Part shown: positions 9,538 to 20,949 of the stretch, piece after piece
Position numbering within the stretch: the first letter of the stretch is position 1
Layout of the letters: every line of letters starts with the position of its first letter
Sequence record: NC_054908.1
Strand: one strand, 5' to 3'
Source of the DNA: Escherichia phage vB_EcoM_DalCa
Length of the DNA stretch: 64,000 nucleotides
Notes under the pieces: model-generated
What the model was told of the DNA's origin: nothing
Database searches by the model: none
The model's input: only the letters and a program-made list of their open reading frames with translations
Translations under genes and position numbers: made by a program

Positions 9538-10163
9538 TATAGTAACTCAAAGAACTCTTTGAGGCCTCTTATTACATGAGCATGGGTTTTTCCACACTCT
9601 GGACACTTAATTGGAACAGCCAAATAAACGGTAGGTTTTAAAAGCATATCTTTTATAGCTACAATATCTGACTCTGTGATGATAGAATATAAATCTTCTA
9701 GTTCCTTTTCATTTAAGTCTTCAACTGGAATGCTTTCCCCGTTAGCATGAATCGTTTCTATGCATGATACTATCATGTGGGCTATATTTTTATCATCAAA
9801 AATTTTAGGGTATTGGAATTTAATTTTAATGTCACCCAGTGTATACCAGAGGTCTTCTGGTGCATCTATTTGTGTATGTAATAGATTTATATGGGTTGGT
9901 ATTTCAGTTCCACAGGTGCACTTCCAAGAGTTTTCGTGATTAACTTCACCAAGAGAATGCGCCCATAAATGAATCAGTAATAGTTCTGATTCTTGGCGGT
10001 TTAAATCTTTTGCATTTGTACAGTCTTTGATTAGCTTTTTAACAATCTCTTCTACTGAACCATTCTTTTTAGCAGTAATAAGTTCTAGATATTCTTTAAG
10101 CGTGAATGCGCGACAATTGATTATTTTAGAACCAACTCTCACATCAAATTTGTATTCATACAT
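9537..10163 (-). CDS. 26: baseplate hub protein gp26
   Basis: 208-aa ORF, T4 gp26 length and position. Confidence 0.9.
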   Translation of the reverse strand: MYEYKFDVRVGSKIINCRAFTLKEYLELITAKKNGSVEEIVKKLIKDCTNAKDLNRQESELLLIHLWAHSLGEVNHENSWKCTCGTEIPTHINLLHTQIDAPEDLWYTLGDIKIKFQYPKIFDDKNIAHMIVSCIETIHANGESIPVEDLNEKELEDLYSIITESDIVAIKDMLLKPTVYLAVPIKCPECGKTHAHVIRGLKEFFELL

Positions 10164-10180
10164 ATTTTAGCTCCTTTATT

Positions 10181-10200
10181 TATCATATTTATAAATAGAA
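10181..10200. promoter_or_regulatory. palindromic divergent late promoter (TATTTATAAATA) between genes 26 and 51
   Basis: TATAAATA readable on both strands within a 12-bp palindrome in the 51-bp divergent intergenic gap. Confidence 0.6.
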
Positions 10201-10214
10201 TAAAAGGAGCATCT

Positions 10215-10964
10215 ATGGCAAACATTATTCGTTGTAAATTACCAGATGGTGTTCATCGTTTTAAACCATTTACGGTAGAAGATTATCGAGATTTTTTGTT
10301 AGTTCGAAACGATATAGAGCATCGGTCACCACAAGAACAAAAAGAAATAATTACTGATTTAATTGATGATTATTTTGGAGACTATCCGAAGACTTGGCAA
10401 CCATTTATATTTTTGCAGGTATTTGTAGGGTCAATAGGTAAAACTAAAGTACCGGTCACATTTGTATGTCCAAAATGTAAAAAAGAAAAGACAGTTCCAT
10501 TTGAAATATACCAAAAAGAATTAAAGGAACCTGTTTTTGATGTAGCTAATGTTAAAATTAAATTAAAGTTTCCTTCTGAGTTTTATGAAAATAAAGCAAA
10601 GATGATTACTGAAAATATTCATTCTGTCCAAGTAGATGAAATATGGTATGATTGGAAGGAAATTAGCGAGTCCAGTCAAATAGAACTTGTTGACGCCATC
10701 GAGATAGAAACATTAGAAAAAATTCTCGATGCAATGAATCCTATTAATTTAACTCTACATATGTCATGCTGTAATAAGTATGTAAAAAAATACACTGATA
10801 TAGTAGATGTGTTTAAGCTATTAGTTAATCCAGATGAGATATTTACTTTTTATCAAATTAATCACACGCTTGTAAAAAGTAATTATAGCTTAAATTCAAT
10901 AATGAAAATGATTCCTGCTGAGCGCGGATTCGTATTAAAACTGATTGAGAAGGATAAACAATAA
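10215..10964 (+). CDS. 51: baseplate hub assembly protein gp51
   Basis: 249-aa ORF, T4 gp51 length and position. Confidence 0.9.
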   Translation: MANIIRCKLPDGVHRFKPFTVEDYRDFLLVRNDIEHRSPQEQKEIITDLIDDYFGDYPKTWQPFIFLQVFVGSIGKTKVPVTFVCPKCKKEKTVPFEIYQKELKEPVFDVANVKIKLKFPSEFYENKAKMITENIHSVQVDEIWYDWKEISESSQIELVDAIEIETLEKILDAMNPINLTLHMSCCNKYVKKYTDIVDVFKLLVNPDEIFTFYQINHTLVKSNYSLNSIMKMIPAERGFVLKLIEKDKQ

Positions 10965-12136
10965 TGAGTATGTTGCAACGCCCCGGATATCCAAATCTCA
11001 GCGTTAAATTATTTGAGAGTTATGACGCTTGGAGTAATAATAGATTTGTTGAATTAGCTGCTACTATTACCACATTAACTATGCGGGATTCTCTTTATGG
11101 TCGAAATGAAGGAATGCTACAATTTTATGATTCTAAAAATATCCATACAAAAATGGATGGAAATGAAATAATTCAGATTTCTGTAGCTAATGCAAACGAT
11201 ATTAATAATGTTAAAACAAGAATTTATGGATGTAAGCATTTTTCTGTATCTGTAGATTCAAAAGGTGATAACATCATTGCTATTGAATTGGGAACTATTC
11301 ATTCTATAGAAAATCTTAAATTTGGTAGACCATTTTTCCCTGATGCCGGTGAATCTATAAAGGAAATGCTTGGCGTAATTTATCAAGATCGTACATTATT
11401 AACTCCAGCGATAAATGCTATTAATGCTTATGTTCCTGATATTCCATGGACTAGCACATTTGAAAACTATTTGTCATATGTAAGAGAAGTTGCTCTAGCG
11501 GTAGGAAGCGATAAGTTCGTATTTGTATGGCAAGACATCATGGGAGTTAACATGATGGACTATGATATGATGATAAATCAAGAACCATATCCAATGATTG
11601 TAGGTGAGCCAACTTTAATAGGTCAATTCGTCCAAGAATTGAAATATCCATTAGCATATGATTTTGTTTGGTTGACTAAATCAAACCCGCATAAACGTGA
11701 TCCAATGAAAAATGCTACTATCTATGCTCATTCATTTTTAGATTCTTCATTACCAATGATTACTACAGGAAAGGGTGAAAACTCTATTGTAGTGTCAAGG
11801 TCAGGTGCTTATTCTGAAATGACTTATAGAAATGGATATGAAGAAGCTATTCGTCTTCAGACTATGGCGCAATATGACGGCTATGCTAAATGTTCTACTG
11901 TCGGTAATTTTAACTTGACTCCTGGCGTTAAAATTATTTTTAATGATAGTAAAAACCAATTTAAAACAGAATTTTACGTTGATGAAGTTATTCACGAATT
12001 ATCAAATAATAATTCCGTAACTCATCTATATATGTTCACTAATGCAACGAAACTGGAAACAATCGACCCAGTTAAGGTTAAAAATGAATTTAAAACTGAT
12101 ACTACCACTGAAGAAAGTAGTTCTTCCGATAAGTAA
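10964..12136 (+). CDS. 27: baseplate hub protein gp27
   Basis: 390-aa ORF recognised as T4 gp27. Confidence 0.93.
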   Translation: MSMLQRPGYPNLSVKLFESYDAWSNNRFVELAATITTLTMRDSLYGRNEGMLQFYDSKNIHTKMDGNEIIQISVANANDINNVKTRIYGCKHFSVSVDSKGDNIIAIELGTIHSIENLKFGRPFFPDAGESIKEMLGVIYQDRTLLTPAINAINAYVPDIPWTSTFENYLSYVREVALAVGSDKFVFVWQDIMGVNMMDYDMMINQEPYPMIVGEPTLIGQFVQELKYPLAYDFVWLTKSNPHKRDPMKNATIYAHSFLDSSLPMITTGKGENSIVVSRSGAYSEMTYRNGYEEAIRLQTMAQYDGYAKCSTVGNFNLTPGVKIIFNDSKNQFKTEFYVDEVIHELSNNNSVTHLYMFTNATKLETIDPVKVKNEFKTDTTTEESSSSDK

Positions 12137-12617
12137 TAAAGAAGTTTCTATTCCTAAGATGGGTCTTAAACATTATAACATTTTAAAAGATGTTAAAGGT
12201 CCTGATGAAAATTTAAAGCTTCTTATTGATTCTATTTGTCCAAATTTATCACCGGCAGAAGTTGATTTCGTTTCTATTCATTTATTGGAATTTAATGGAA
12301 AGATTAAATCTCGTAAAGAAATAGATGGCTATACTTATGACATTAATGATGTTTATGTATGCCAAAGATTAGAATTTCAATACCAAGGAAATACATTTTA
12401 TTTTAGACCTCCTGGAAAATTTGAACAATTTTTAACGGTGAGCGATATGTTATCTAAATGCTTGCTTAAGGTCAACGATGAAGTTAAAGAAATTAATTTT
12501 CTTGAGATGCCAGCATTCGTTTTAAAATGGGCAAATGATATTTTTACAACTTTAGCAATTCCTGGCCCTAATGGTCCAATAACTGGAATTGGCAATATTA
12601 TTGGATTATTTGAATGA
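12084..12617 (+). CDS. 28: baseplate hub distal protein gp28
   Basis: 177 aa from the internal ATG at 12084 (track ORF starts further upstream inside gene 27); overlaps gene 27 end as in T4. Confidence 0.8.
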   Translation: MNLKLILPLKKVVLPISNKEVSIPKMGLKHYNILKDVKGPDENLKLLIDSICPNLSPAEVDFVSIHLLEFNGKIKSRKEIDGYTYDINDVYVCQRLEFQYQGNTFYFRPPGKFEQFLTVSDMLSKCLLKVNDEVKEINFLEMPAFVLKWANDIFTTLAIPGPNGPITGIGNIIGLFE

Positions 12618-14386
12618 AAAAGCCACAAGAAATGCAAACGATGCGTAGAAAAGTTATTTCAGATAATAAACCAACACAGGAAGCGGCTAAATCCGCTTCC
12701 AATACTTTATCTGGACTTAATGACATTTCTACAAAATTGGATGATGCTCAAGCTGCTTCTGAATTAATAGCTCAAACCGTTGAAGAAAAATCGAATGAAA
12801 TAATTGGAGCAATTGACAATGTAGAAAGCGCAGTGAGTGATACTACTGCTGGTTCTGAGTTAATTGCTGAAACTGTAGAAATTGGCAACAATATTAATAA
12901 AGAAATCGGTGAATCACTCGGAAGTAAATTAGATAAATTAACGAGTTTACTAGAACAAAAAATTCAAACAGCTGGAATTCAACAGACAGGAACCAGCTTA
13001 GCTGTAGTCGAAAGTGCTATTCCCGTTAAAGTTGTTGAGGATGATACAGCTGAATTTGTTGGTCCATTATTACCAGCTCCTGAAGCAGTTAATAATGATC
13101 CTGACGCTGATTTTTTCCCTGCCCCTCAACCAGTTGAACCTAAGCGAGAGTCACCGGAAGAAAAACAGAAAAAAGAAGCATTTAATTTAAAATTATCTCA
13201 AGCTTTAGATAAATTAACAAAGACTGTTGATTTTGGATTTAAAAAATCCATTTCAATTACTGATAAAATATCAAGCATGCTATTTAAGTATACTGTCAGT
13301 GCTGCTATTGAAGCTGCTAAAATGGTTGCATTAATAATGGCTGTTGTTATTGGAATAGACCTACTGATGGTTCATTTTAAATATTGGTCAGATAAATTTT
13401 CAAAAGCCTGGGATTTGTTTAGCACTGATTTTAAAACTTTTTCAAGCGAAACCGGAACTTGGGGTCCTTTATTACAGAGCATCTTTGAATCTATTGATGA
13501 AATTAAAAAGTTCTGGGAAGCGGGAGATTGGGGCGGTTTGACGGTAGCTATTGTAGAAGGGCTTGGAAAGGTTCTTTATAATTTAGGAGAACTTATTCAG
13601 CTTGGAATGGCTAAATTATCAGCAGCAATTCTTCGAGTTATTCCTGGTATGAAAGATACTGCTGACGAAGTAGAAGGAAGAGCGCTGGAAAATTTCCAAA
13701 ATTCTACTGGAGCATCTCTCAATAAAGAAGACCAGGAAAAAGTTGCGAATTATCAAGATAAACGAATGAATGGAGACCTTGGTCCGATAGCAGAAGGACT
13801 AGACAAAATTGCGAACTGGAAAACTCGTGCATCTAACTGGATTCGTGGTGTTGATAATAAAGAAGCATTGACAACTGATGAAGAACGCGCAGCAGAAGAA
13901 GAAAAATTAAAGCAGCTTTCACCAGAAGAAAGAAAAAATGCTTTAATGAAGGCTAATGAAGCCCGTGCCGCGATGATTCGTTTTGAAAAATATGCTGATT
14001 CAGCTGATATGAGTAAAGACTCAACAGTTAAATCAATTGAAGCCGCTCATGAAGACCTTAAAAAACGGATGAATGACCCGGATTTAAATAATTCACCTGC
14101 AGTTAAAAAGGAGCTTGCTTCTAGATTTGCTAAAATTGATGCTACTTATCAAGAGCTTAAGAAAAATCAACCTGAGGCCAAACCTGAAACTTCTGCTAAA
14201 TCGCCAGAAGCAAAACAAGTCCAGGTAATAGAAAAGAACAAAGCACAGCAAGCTCCTGTTCAACAAGCATCTCCTTCAATCAATAATACTAATAATGTTA
14301 TTAAGAAAAATACTGTCGTTCATAATATGACACCCGTAACGAGCACAACTGCTCCTGGTGTATTTGGCGCGACTGGAGTTAATTAA
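12614..14386 (+). CDS. 29: baseplate hub / tail length determining protein gp29
   Basis: 590-aa ORF, T4 gp29 length and position. Confidence 0.92.
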   Translation: MKKPQEMQTMRRKVISDNKPTQEAAKSASNTLSGLNDISTKLDDAQAASELIAQTVEEKSNEIIGAIDNVESAVSDTTAGSELIAETVEIGNNINKEIGESLGSKLDKLTSLLEQKIQTAGIQQTGTSLAVVESAIPVKVVEDDTAEFVGPLLPAPEAVNNDPDADFFPAPQPVEPKRESPEEKQKKEAFNLKLSQALDKLTKTVDFGFKKSISITDKISSMLFKYTVSAAIEAAKMVALIMAVVIGIDLLMVHFKYWSDKFSKAWDLFSTDFKTFSSETGTWGPLLQSIFESIDEIKKFWEAGDWGGLTVAIVEGLGKVLYNLGELIQLGMAKLSAAILRVIPGMKDTADEVEGRALENFQNSTGASLNKEDQEKVANYQDKRMNGDLGPIAEGLDKIANWKTRASNWIRGVDNKEALTTDEERAAEEEKLKQLSPEERKNALMKANEARAAMIRFEKYADSADMSKDSTVKSIEAAHEDLKKRMNDPDLNNSPAVKKELASRFAKIDATYQELKKNQPEAKPETSAKSPEAKQVQVIEKNKAQQAPVQQASPSINNTNNVIKKNTVVHNMTPVTSTTAPGVFGATGVN

Positions 14387-14394
14387 GGAATAAT

Positions 14395-15489
14395 ATGGCA
14401 ATTGTTAAAGAAATAACTGCTGATTTAATTAAAAAGTCCGGTGAGAAAATTTCAGCCGGACAGAGTACTAAATCAGAAGTAGGAACTAAAACATACACAG
14501 CCCAGTTTCCAACTGGGCGTGCTAGTGGGAATGACACTACAGGGGACTTCCAGGTAACAGATCTATATAAGAATGGATTATTATTTACTGCATACAATAT
14601 GTCATCTAGGGATTCTGGAAGTCTCAGAACGATGAGATCTAACTACTCTTCTTCATCTTCTAGTATTTTACGTACAGCCAGAAACACTATTAGTAGTACA
14701 GTATCAAAACTATCAAATGGATTAATATCAGATAATAATTCAGGAACAATAAGTAAAGTTCCTGTTGCAAATATTCTTTTACCGAGATCTAAATCCGATG
14801 TTGATACATCATCACATAGATTTAACGATGTTCAAGATAGTCTTATTACAAAAGGTGGAGGTACTGCTACTGGCGTGTTAAGCAATATGGCTTCAACTGC
14901 AGTATTTGGAGCACTGGAAAGTATAACACAAGGTATAATGGCTGATAATAATGAACAGATTTATACGACAGCCAGAAGTATGTATGGTGGTGCTGAGAAT
15001 AGAACTAAAGTGTTCACTTGGGATTTGACTCCGCGTTCCACAGAAGATTTAATGGCTATTATTAATATCTATCAATATTTTAACTATTTTTCTTATGGTG
15101 AAACGGGTAAATCTCAATATGCTGCTGAAATAAAAGGATATCTAGATGAGTGGTATCGCTCTACTTTTATTGAGCCATTAACTCCAGAAGATGCAGTTAA
15201 AAATAAGACGTTATTTGAGAAAATGACATCGAGTTTAACTAACGTTCTTGTAGTTTCAAACCCGACAATTTGGATGGTTAAAAACTTTGGCGCAACTTCT
15301 AAATTTGACGGAAAAACAGAAGTGTTTGGACCGTGTCAAATTCAAAGTATTAGATTTGATAAAACTCCGAATGGTAATTTTAACGGATTAGCTATTGCTC
15401 CTAACCTTCCAAGTTCTTTTACACTCGAGATTACTATGAGAGAGATTATCACGTTAAACCGTGCTTCTTTATATACGGGGACTTTCTAA
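14395..15489 (+). CDS. 48: baseplate tail-tube junction protein gp48
   Basis: 364-aa ORF, T4 gp48 length and position. Confidence 0.92.
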   Translation: MAIVKEITADLIKKSGEKISAGQSTKSEVGTKTYTAQFPTGRASGNDTTGDFQVTDLYKNGLLFTAYNMSSRDSGSLRTMRSNYSSSSSSILRTARNTISSTVSKLSNGLISDNNSGTISKVPVANILLPRSKSDVDTSSHRFNDVQDSLITKGGGTATGVLSNMASTAVFGALESITQGIMADNNEQIYTTARSMYGGAENRTKVFTWDLTPRSTEDLMAIINIYQYFNYFSYGETGKSQYAAEIKGYLDEWYRSTFIEPLTPEDAVKNKTLFEKMTSSLTNVLVVSNPTIWMVKNFGATSKFDGKTEVFGPCQIQSIRFDKTPNGNFNGLAIAPNLPSSFTLEITMREIITLNRASLYTGTF

Positions 15490-16454
15490 TGTATTCTTTA
15501 GAGGAATTTAATAATCAAGCAATAAACGCAGATTTTCAACGTAATAATATGTTTAGCTGCGTTTTTGCGACAACTCCATCAACTAAAAGCTCTTCGTTGA
15601 TAAGTTCAATTAGCAACTTTTCTTATAATAACTTGGGTCTAAATTCAGACTGGTTAGGATTGTCTCAAGGTGATATTAATCAGGGAATTACCACGCTAAT
15701 TACTGCTGGCACACAAAAACTGATAAGAAAATCAGGGGTTAGTAAATATCTTATTGGTGCCATGAGTCAACGTACAGTTCAAAGTTTATTGGGTTCATTT
15801 ACAGTTGGTACATATTTAATTGACTTCTTTAATATGGCGTATAATTCATCTGGATTGATGATATACTCTGTAAAAATGCCAGAGAATAGATTATCCTATG
15901 AAACTGACTGGAACTATAATTCTCCTAATATTCGTATAACTGGGAGAGAATTAGACCCTTTGGTTATTTCATTTAGAATGGATTCAGAAGCTTGTAACTA
16001 TCGTGCAATGCAAGACTGGGTTAACGCTGTTCAAGACCCAGTAACTGGATTACGTGCTTTGCCACAAGATGTCGAGGCAGATATTCAGGTTAATCTTCAT
16101 GCTCGTAATGGATTACCTCATACTGCGGTGATGTTCACCGGATGCATTCCAGTGTCAGTGAGCGCTCCTGAGTTATCATATGATGGAGATAACCAAATAA
16201 CTACATTTGATGTTACTTTTGCATATAGAGTCATGCAGGCTGGAGCAGTTGATAGGCAAGCTGCGCTTGAATGGCTTGAATCTGCTGCTATAAATGGTAT
16301 TCAAAGCGTTCTCGGAAATAGTGGAGGTGTTACTGGACTATCTAATTCGCTTTCACGACTCAGTAGATTAGGGGGAACTGCAGGAAGCATTTCAAACATT
16401 AATACTATGACAGGAATTGTCAATTCGCAGAGTAAAATATTAGGAGCAATATAA
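15489..16454 (+). CDS. 54: baseplate tail-tube initiator gp54
   Basis: 321-aa ORF, T4 gp54 length and position. Confidence 0.92.
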   Translation: MYSLEEFNNQAINADFQRNNMFSCVFATTPSTKSSSLISSISNFSYNNLGLNSDWLGLSQGDINQGITTLITAGTQKLIRKSGVSKYLIGAMSQRTVQSLLGSFTVGTYLIDFFNMAYNSSGLMIYSVKMPENRLSYETDWNYNSPNIRITGRELDPLVISFRMDSEACNYRAMQDWVNAVQDPVTGLRALPQDVEADIQVNLHARNGLPHTAVMFTGCIPVSVSAPELSYDGDNQITTFDVTFAYRVMQAGAVDRQAALEWLESAAINGIQSVLGNSGGVTGLSNSLSRLSRLGGTAGSISNINTMTGIVNSQSKILGAI

Positions 16455-16456
16455 CA

Positions 16457-16488
16457 ATGGGGACCTTTCGGTCCCCATATTTTTATTT
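16457..16488. terminator. bidirectional hairpin terminator (GGGGACC-TTTC-GGTCCCC) between gene 54 and the alt-region ORFs
   Basis: 7-bp GC stem, 4-nt loop, T-run; convergent transcription units meet here. Confidence 0.7.
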
Positions 16489-16773
16489 ACGGAATGAAAT
16501 AAAAGCAGAAACTGAAGCAACTAAACTATCTTCAATATAAACTTCAATTTTTACCGGAGCTTCTGACTCAAATTTACCTGTTACTACACCCTGAAAAATA
16601 CTTTCAGTCTGTTCTGGCTTTGAAAAATTTTCAGAAGGAAAAATTCCAAACTTTTTATCGGTTCCAAAAATTTTAATAAATTCATCATAAACTGCTTCAT
16701 TGAAAGCGTTATCAGCGGGAATAACGCCCTCAACTACAAGTTCTTGACCTAAAAAGCGCAAAGAAGATTTCAT
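16483..16773 (-). CDS. hypothetical protein (alt.-3 position)
   Basis: 96-aa ORF with GAGGAA Shine-Dalgarno, preceded by an early-type promoter. Confidence 0.7.
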   Translation of the reverse strand: MKSSLRFLGQELVVEGVIPADNAFNEAVYDEFIKIFGTDKKFGIFPSENFSKPEQTESIFQGVVTGKFESEAPVKIEVYIEDSLVASVSAFISFRK

Positions 16774-16799
16774 TTTGTGTTCCTCATGTTATGTAAGTA

Positions 16800-16850
16800 A
16801 GACTACTATAACACAACATGATGGACTTGTAAACTACATTTTGAACTTTT
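16800..16850 (-). promoter_or_regulatory. T4 early-type promoter (GTTTACA -35, 17-bp spacer, TATAGT -10) upstream of 16483..16773
   Basis: minus-strand GTTTACAAGTCCATCATGTTGTGTTATAGT; the -35 overlaps the stop codon of the upstream alt paralog. Confidence 0.6.
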
Positions 16851-18891
16851 TAGACATTCCGTTAATGTTAACCAAAGAAGCTAAGATTTGAGAAACTTCA
16901 TTTTCCTCTTCTTTTGATTCTTCTACAAGGAATTGATTAAATCCAGCCATTGGACGAACTTCACCAGTTTCCATTAGATGGTCTCCATCATATACTGATT
17001 CTTCTAATTGTTCAGAAGGAGGAACGATTGTACCTTCGATTAGATACTTGTTATAAGCAGTTTCTTTCATAAAGTACGTACTTACTTTATTAATCTTCAG
17101 TAAAATTCCACGTGGTAGAATAACTTCAGCTTCTGATGGAAATCCTGATAAATGACCCGGAACGATAACTTTGATTCGCTCAGCTCCTTTAATTACCATA
17201 CCCACGCTAGTTTCAGCATCTTCATTAGCATATGTAGAATGACTACCCATATGCATCAAATCTTCTGCATCAACAGAACCTTCTCCTTCGCCAGAAAATA
17301 CTGCACCGGAATCATCTAGAGCCATATAGTTTTTACCATGCTCACCGAAGATATTTGGTTTAAGTGATGTCGATACGAAGTTCTTGAAATAGAACATTTT
17401 ATTTTCAATATTGTGACGCAAAGTTTTAAAGGTAACTTCTTGTCCACGGTAAAGTGTAGTTCCTGGAGGAAGAACTGAACCTTTAGCGAATGCAGAATCC
17501 AGCGTCTCAATATGTTTAATAGCTCGTTCCATATATTCTTCACGGGTAGAATCTGGTTTACCCAAAAGGAACGAGTTCATTTCAACATATGAATCTGCAC
17601 AATAATCTTCAATTACGTCAGATTCAGCCTGAGTTAATCCTTTTGGAGTTACTTCAGTACTTGCATATTCATATGCCTGAGCGGCAGATTCATTAATCAA
17701 TTTATAAATGCCATTCATGACAAATTGAATAATAGCTGTCTTTTCATCTGGCGTAGCTTTAGAACCTTTAACTAAATCATTGACAATTTTCTTAATAACA
17801 TCAAAACTATTAGAAATATTAATATCAGCAAGATCGCTTAAAATTTTATCAGTTTTATAATCAAAGAATTCTTTATTCTTTAAATATTCTTGAGAACCTT
17901 GATATGTTATATCGCTCTGCAGCTTGATAGATGGATCGCGTAAACGTGCATGGGCCAATGCAATATGATTTCGGAAGTTTTCTAGTTCATAATCGTTAGA
18001 TTTAAAACGAGAAGCACTTCTCATACCACCGATAGCTCCTTTGCTAAAGTTTGAACCAATCTGAATAACGCCAGAGTTCATCGGACCTTCTGCTTTATAT
18101 ACCGGAACTTTAGATTCAAACTCTTGATATTTCTTGGCAGCAAAGCTATCACCCTGAAGTGAAGCATCAACAGTAGAATATTGAGCTTGTGCTGCTAATC
18201 GACGACTTATTTTAGTTTTCTGAATAACAGCTTGGTCCGTGCGCTTATCATTTTCTAAAGCAATAGAAGCAGCAACAGCGACAGCTTTAGGAACAGCATT
18301 TCCTGTTTTAACGTCTACATAAACATCACCGACCTTTGATTCAACTTTTGTGAATAACTCAGTTGAAATAGGAGGTACACCTGGAATGTCTTCTAAATTG
18401 GCATTTTTACGGTAAACCATAATATATGCATATTTCTTATCATAGTCCCAGATTTCCTTTAAAAGAACATATCGACCTGCTCCTTTAGTACGTACTAAAC
18501 GGTCAGCAATAACTTGCATTTGACGAGCTGCGCCATTTGTTTTACTTTTTAGTACGCGGAATAGGCATGCGTCGATTTTATACTGTTTCATTGTTTGAAG
18601 AGCAGTATCAAAAACGGCATTAATGACACCAATTGGATTTCCACCCAAGTTTCTAAGTTTAACCAGTGATAGTTTCTCATTAACACCTATCATTACGATA
18701 TGCATCATTTTATCGCCTGGCTTAACGTTTTTATTCGTATCACCACCAGAGGTGTATGTACAAAATCTAAATCCAGGAAGCACGCTTTCTTCGCCGGCTT
18801 GAATAGCAAAAATTTGTGGTATTTTATGCTTAGGATTTAAGTTAACAACCGGCGCCGAAGCGCCGTCAAATAATTCTGTAATAAGTTCCAT
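16834..18891 (-). CDS. Alt-like ADP-ribosyltransferase paralog (second, divergent full-length copy)
   Basis: 685-aa ORF; N-terminus MELITELFD and first ~230 aa similar to Alt; C-terminal region keeps TLYRG, FVSTSL and EAEVILPRG motifs. Confidence 0.85.
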   Translation of the reverse strand: MELITELFDGASAPVVNLNPKHKIPQIFAIQAGEESVLPGFRFCTYTSGGDTNKNVKPGDKMMHIVMIGVNEKLSLVKLRNLGGNPIGVINAVFDTALQTMKQYKIDACLFRVLKSKTNGAARQMQVIADRLVRTKGAGRYVLLKEIWDYDKKYAYIMVYRKNANLEDIPGVPPISTELFTKVESKVGDVYVDVKTGNAVPKAVAVAASIALENDKRTDQAVIQKTKISRRLAAQAQYSTVDASLQGDSFAAKKYQEFESKVPVYKAEGPMNSGVIQIGSNFSKGAIGGMRSASRFKSNDYELENFRNHIALAHARLRDPSIKLQSDITYQGSQEYLKNKEFFDYKTDKILSDLADINISNSFDVIKKIVNDLVKGSKATPDEKTAIIQFVMNGIYKLINESAAQAYEYASTEVTPKGLTQAESDVIEDYCADSYVEMNSFLLGKPDSTREEYMERAIKHIETLDSAFAKGSVLPPGTTLYRGQEVTFKTLRHNIENKMFYFKNFVSTSLKPNIFGEHGKNYMALDDSGAVFSGEGEGSVDAEDLMHMGSHSTYANEDAETSVGMVIKGAERIKVIVPGHLSGFPSEAEVILPRGILLKINKVSTYFMKETAYNKYLIEGTIVPPSEQLEESVYDGDHLMETGEVRPMAGFNQFLVEESKEEENEVSQILASLVNINGMSKKFKM

Positions 18892-18894
18892 GAT

Positions 18895-20949
18895 TTATCC
18901 TTGAACGAACTTGTAAGGCATGTTTGCAATATCTATACAAGACGCAATAATTCCAAGAGATGATTCTACTTTCTGTTTAACATTTGATGAAACAAATGAT
19001 GCAAAGTCAACTCTGTCTTCTACTTCAATATCACCTGTCATTGCAACCAATTCACCAGTTTCCATTAAATGGTCTCCGTCATAGATTACCGATTCGGTGA
19101 GCTCTTCCGTGGTCATAACTTCAGCTTGAATAAGCTTGTTGTTAGTTTTAACTGTTCCATCATTGTAAGATGCATCAGTTATTTTATTAACTTTGACCAT
19201 TAATCCACGTGGCAAAATAACTTCCATTTCATTTGAAGGCGCTAAACTTCCACCGGGTAAAACAACATTGACTTTATCAGCCCCAGTAATAACCCATCCA
19301 ATTCCGACTAAATTATCGCTAGAATTAACAAGCCCTTCATCATTTTTATCGATAGAAATGTTTAGACGCTTTTCATCTGGTAAAACACCAACAGCTGAAT
19401 CAGTCATCCAAGTACCAAAAATGTTTGGATATAATGATGTTGATACAAAATTTCTAAAATAAAAAACTCGATTTTTTACCAATGCTTCATATATTGAAGG
19501 TAACATTCGCTGTGAACGATATAAAGTAATACCTTTTGGCAATCGATCACCATTTTTAAAGGCTGAATCTAAATTATCAATAGCTTTTTCTATGTCAGAT
19601 GCTGTCAAAATACTTGTACGCTCATCTGGATTATATAATCCCAAAAGAGCATTATTTATGTCTACATATCCTGAACCTACGTATTCACGAATTCCGCGTT
19701 TTTGTGCTGGTGTGTATTTAGATGAATCTTTATTTTCGACTATAGGATGTAATGACCATCCAGCTGTAAGAGCATATCCACGTAATTCTCTTCGAATAAT
19801 CTTTGTTTTTATTGCATTCCAAGAATTTTGTACTAACTCATTTGCAGCATCTTGGTTTAAATGCGAATGTTTGTTAATATTTCTTTCAAACCAAGCACCT
19901 TTATATTTTTCTAAAGTATCATCGACGATAGAAGCAATAGTTTCTAAAGTTTTTATTGAAGTAATAGATTCTTTTCGTAATTTTTCTAAAGCTTTATTTT
20001 TTATTTCTGCATTAATAATGGATTCTTTATCTTCAGGAATTATAGAAGCTTCTCTGAATGCCATCCCAGCTGTAACACTGCTAAGAGCATTCTCTAGTGC
20101 AAATCCTGAAGTAGAAATTACCGTTAATTCATTAGAATCAGAAATTAAAGGCGCGTCCGCTGGTTTATTTAATTCTGCCGCTGAAGCCTCAAATTTTTGA
20201 AACATCGGTGTTTCAAATCTAGAAGATTCCAATGACTGACTTTGTGCAATTGCTCTACGGGAAATTTTAACTTTAACGATTACAGCTTGGTCAGAACGTT
20301 TATCATTTTCTTGTGCAATAGATGCTGCAATTGCCTCATTTTTGGTTACTTGAGCTCCGGTATCTTTATTGATATAAACATCACCGACCTTCGATTCAAC
20401 TTTAGTAAAGAGCTCGGTACTAATTTCCGGAACTCCTGGAATGTCTTCTAGTGATACATTTTTGCGATGTATAAGAATATATGCATACTTTTTATCATAA
20501 TCCCAGAGTTCCTTAAGAAGGACGTATCTGCCACCTGAACGACTACGGATAAGTCTATCAGCAATAACTTGAATTTGTCGAGCTTGACCAGCGGTTTTAG
20601 ACTTAAGAATACGAAGCATACAAGCATCAATTTTATACTGACGCATTGTTTGCATTGCAACAGTAAAAACTGAATTGATATAATTAATTGGGCTTGGACC
20701 AAGACCTTTTAATTTAGCAATTGAACCTTTAGCAGTTAATGTAAAAGGAACAATATGCATCATTTTATCGCCCATTTTTAAATCGCGATTAGTATCACCT
20801 CCAGATGTATAGGTACATAAACGAAAGCCTGGTTGTTCAATTGCATCATCAACATGAACTGAAAAAATTTGCGGTATTTTCTTCTTTGGATTTAAGTTTG
20901 TAATCGGAAGAGTAGTATCTTCGTCAAATAATTCTGTAATAAGTTCCAT
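18895..20949 (-). CDS. alt: Alt, ADP-ribosyltransferase packaged in the virion
   Basis: 684 aa from the second Met; recognised as T4 Alt along its length; motifs TLYRS, FVSTSL, EMEVILPRG. Confidence 0.92.
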   Translation of the reverse strand: MELITELFDEDTTLPITNLNPKKKIPQIFSVHVDDAIEQPGFRLCTYTSGGDTNRDLKMGDKMMHIVPFTLTAKGSIAKLKGLGPSPINYINSVFTVAMQTMRQYKIDACMLRILKSKTAGQARQIQVIADRLIRSRSGGRYVLLKELWDYDKKYAYILIHRKNVSLEDIPGVPEISTELFTKVESKVGDVYINKDTGAQVTKNEAIAASIAQENDKRSDQAVIVKVKISRRAIAQSQSLESSRFETPMFQKFEASAAELNKPADAPLISDSNELTVISTSGFALENALSSVTAGMAFREASIIPEDKESIINAEIKNKALEKLRKESITSIKTLETIASIVDDTLEKYKGAWFERNINKHSHLNQDAANELVQNSWNAIKTKIIRRELRGYALTAGWSLHPIVENKDSSKYTPAQKRGIREYVGSGYVDINNALLGLYNPDERTSILTASDIEKAIDNLDSAFKNGDRLPKGITLYRSQRMLPSIYEALVKNRVFYFRNFVSTSLYPNIFGTWMTDSAVGVLPDEKRLNISIDKNDEGLVNSSDNLVGIGWVITGADKVNVVLPGGSLAPSNEMEVILPRGLMVKVNKITDASYNDGTVKTNNKLIQAEVMTTEELTESVIYDGDHLMETGELVAMTGDIEVEDRVDFASFVSSNVKQKVESSLGIIASCIDIANMPYKFVQG

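Noticed and set aside
19193-20451. Plus-strand ORFs of 69-202 aa antisense to alt
   Set aside because: Completely nested antisense to a well-supported gene; no promoter or Shine-Dalgarno; typical shadow ORFs in AT-rich phage DNA.
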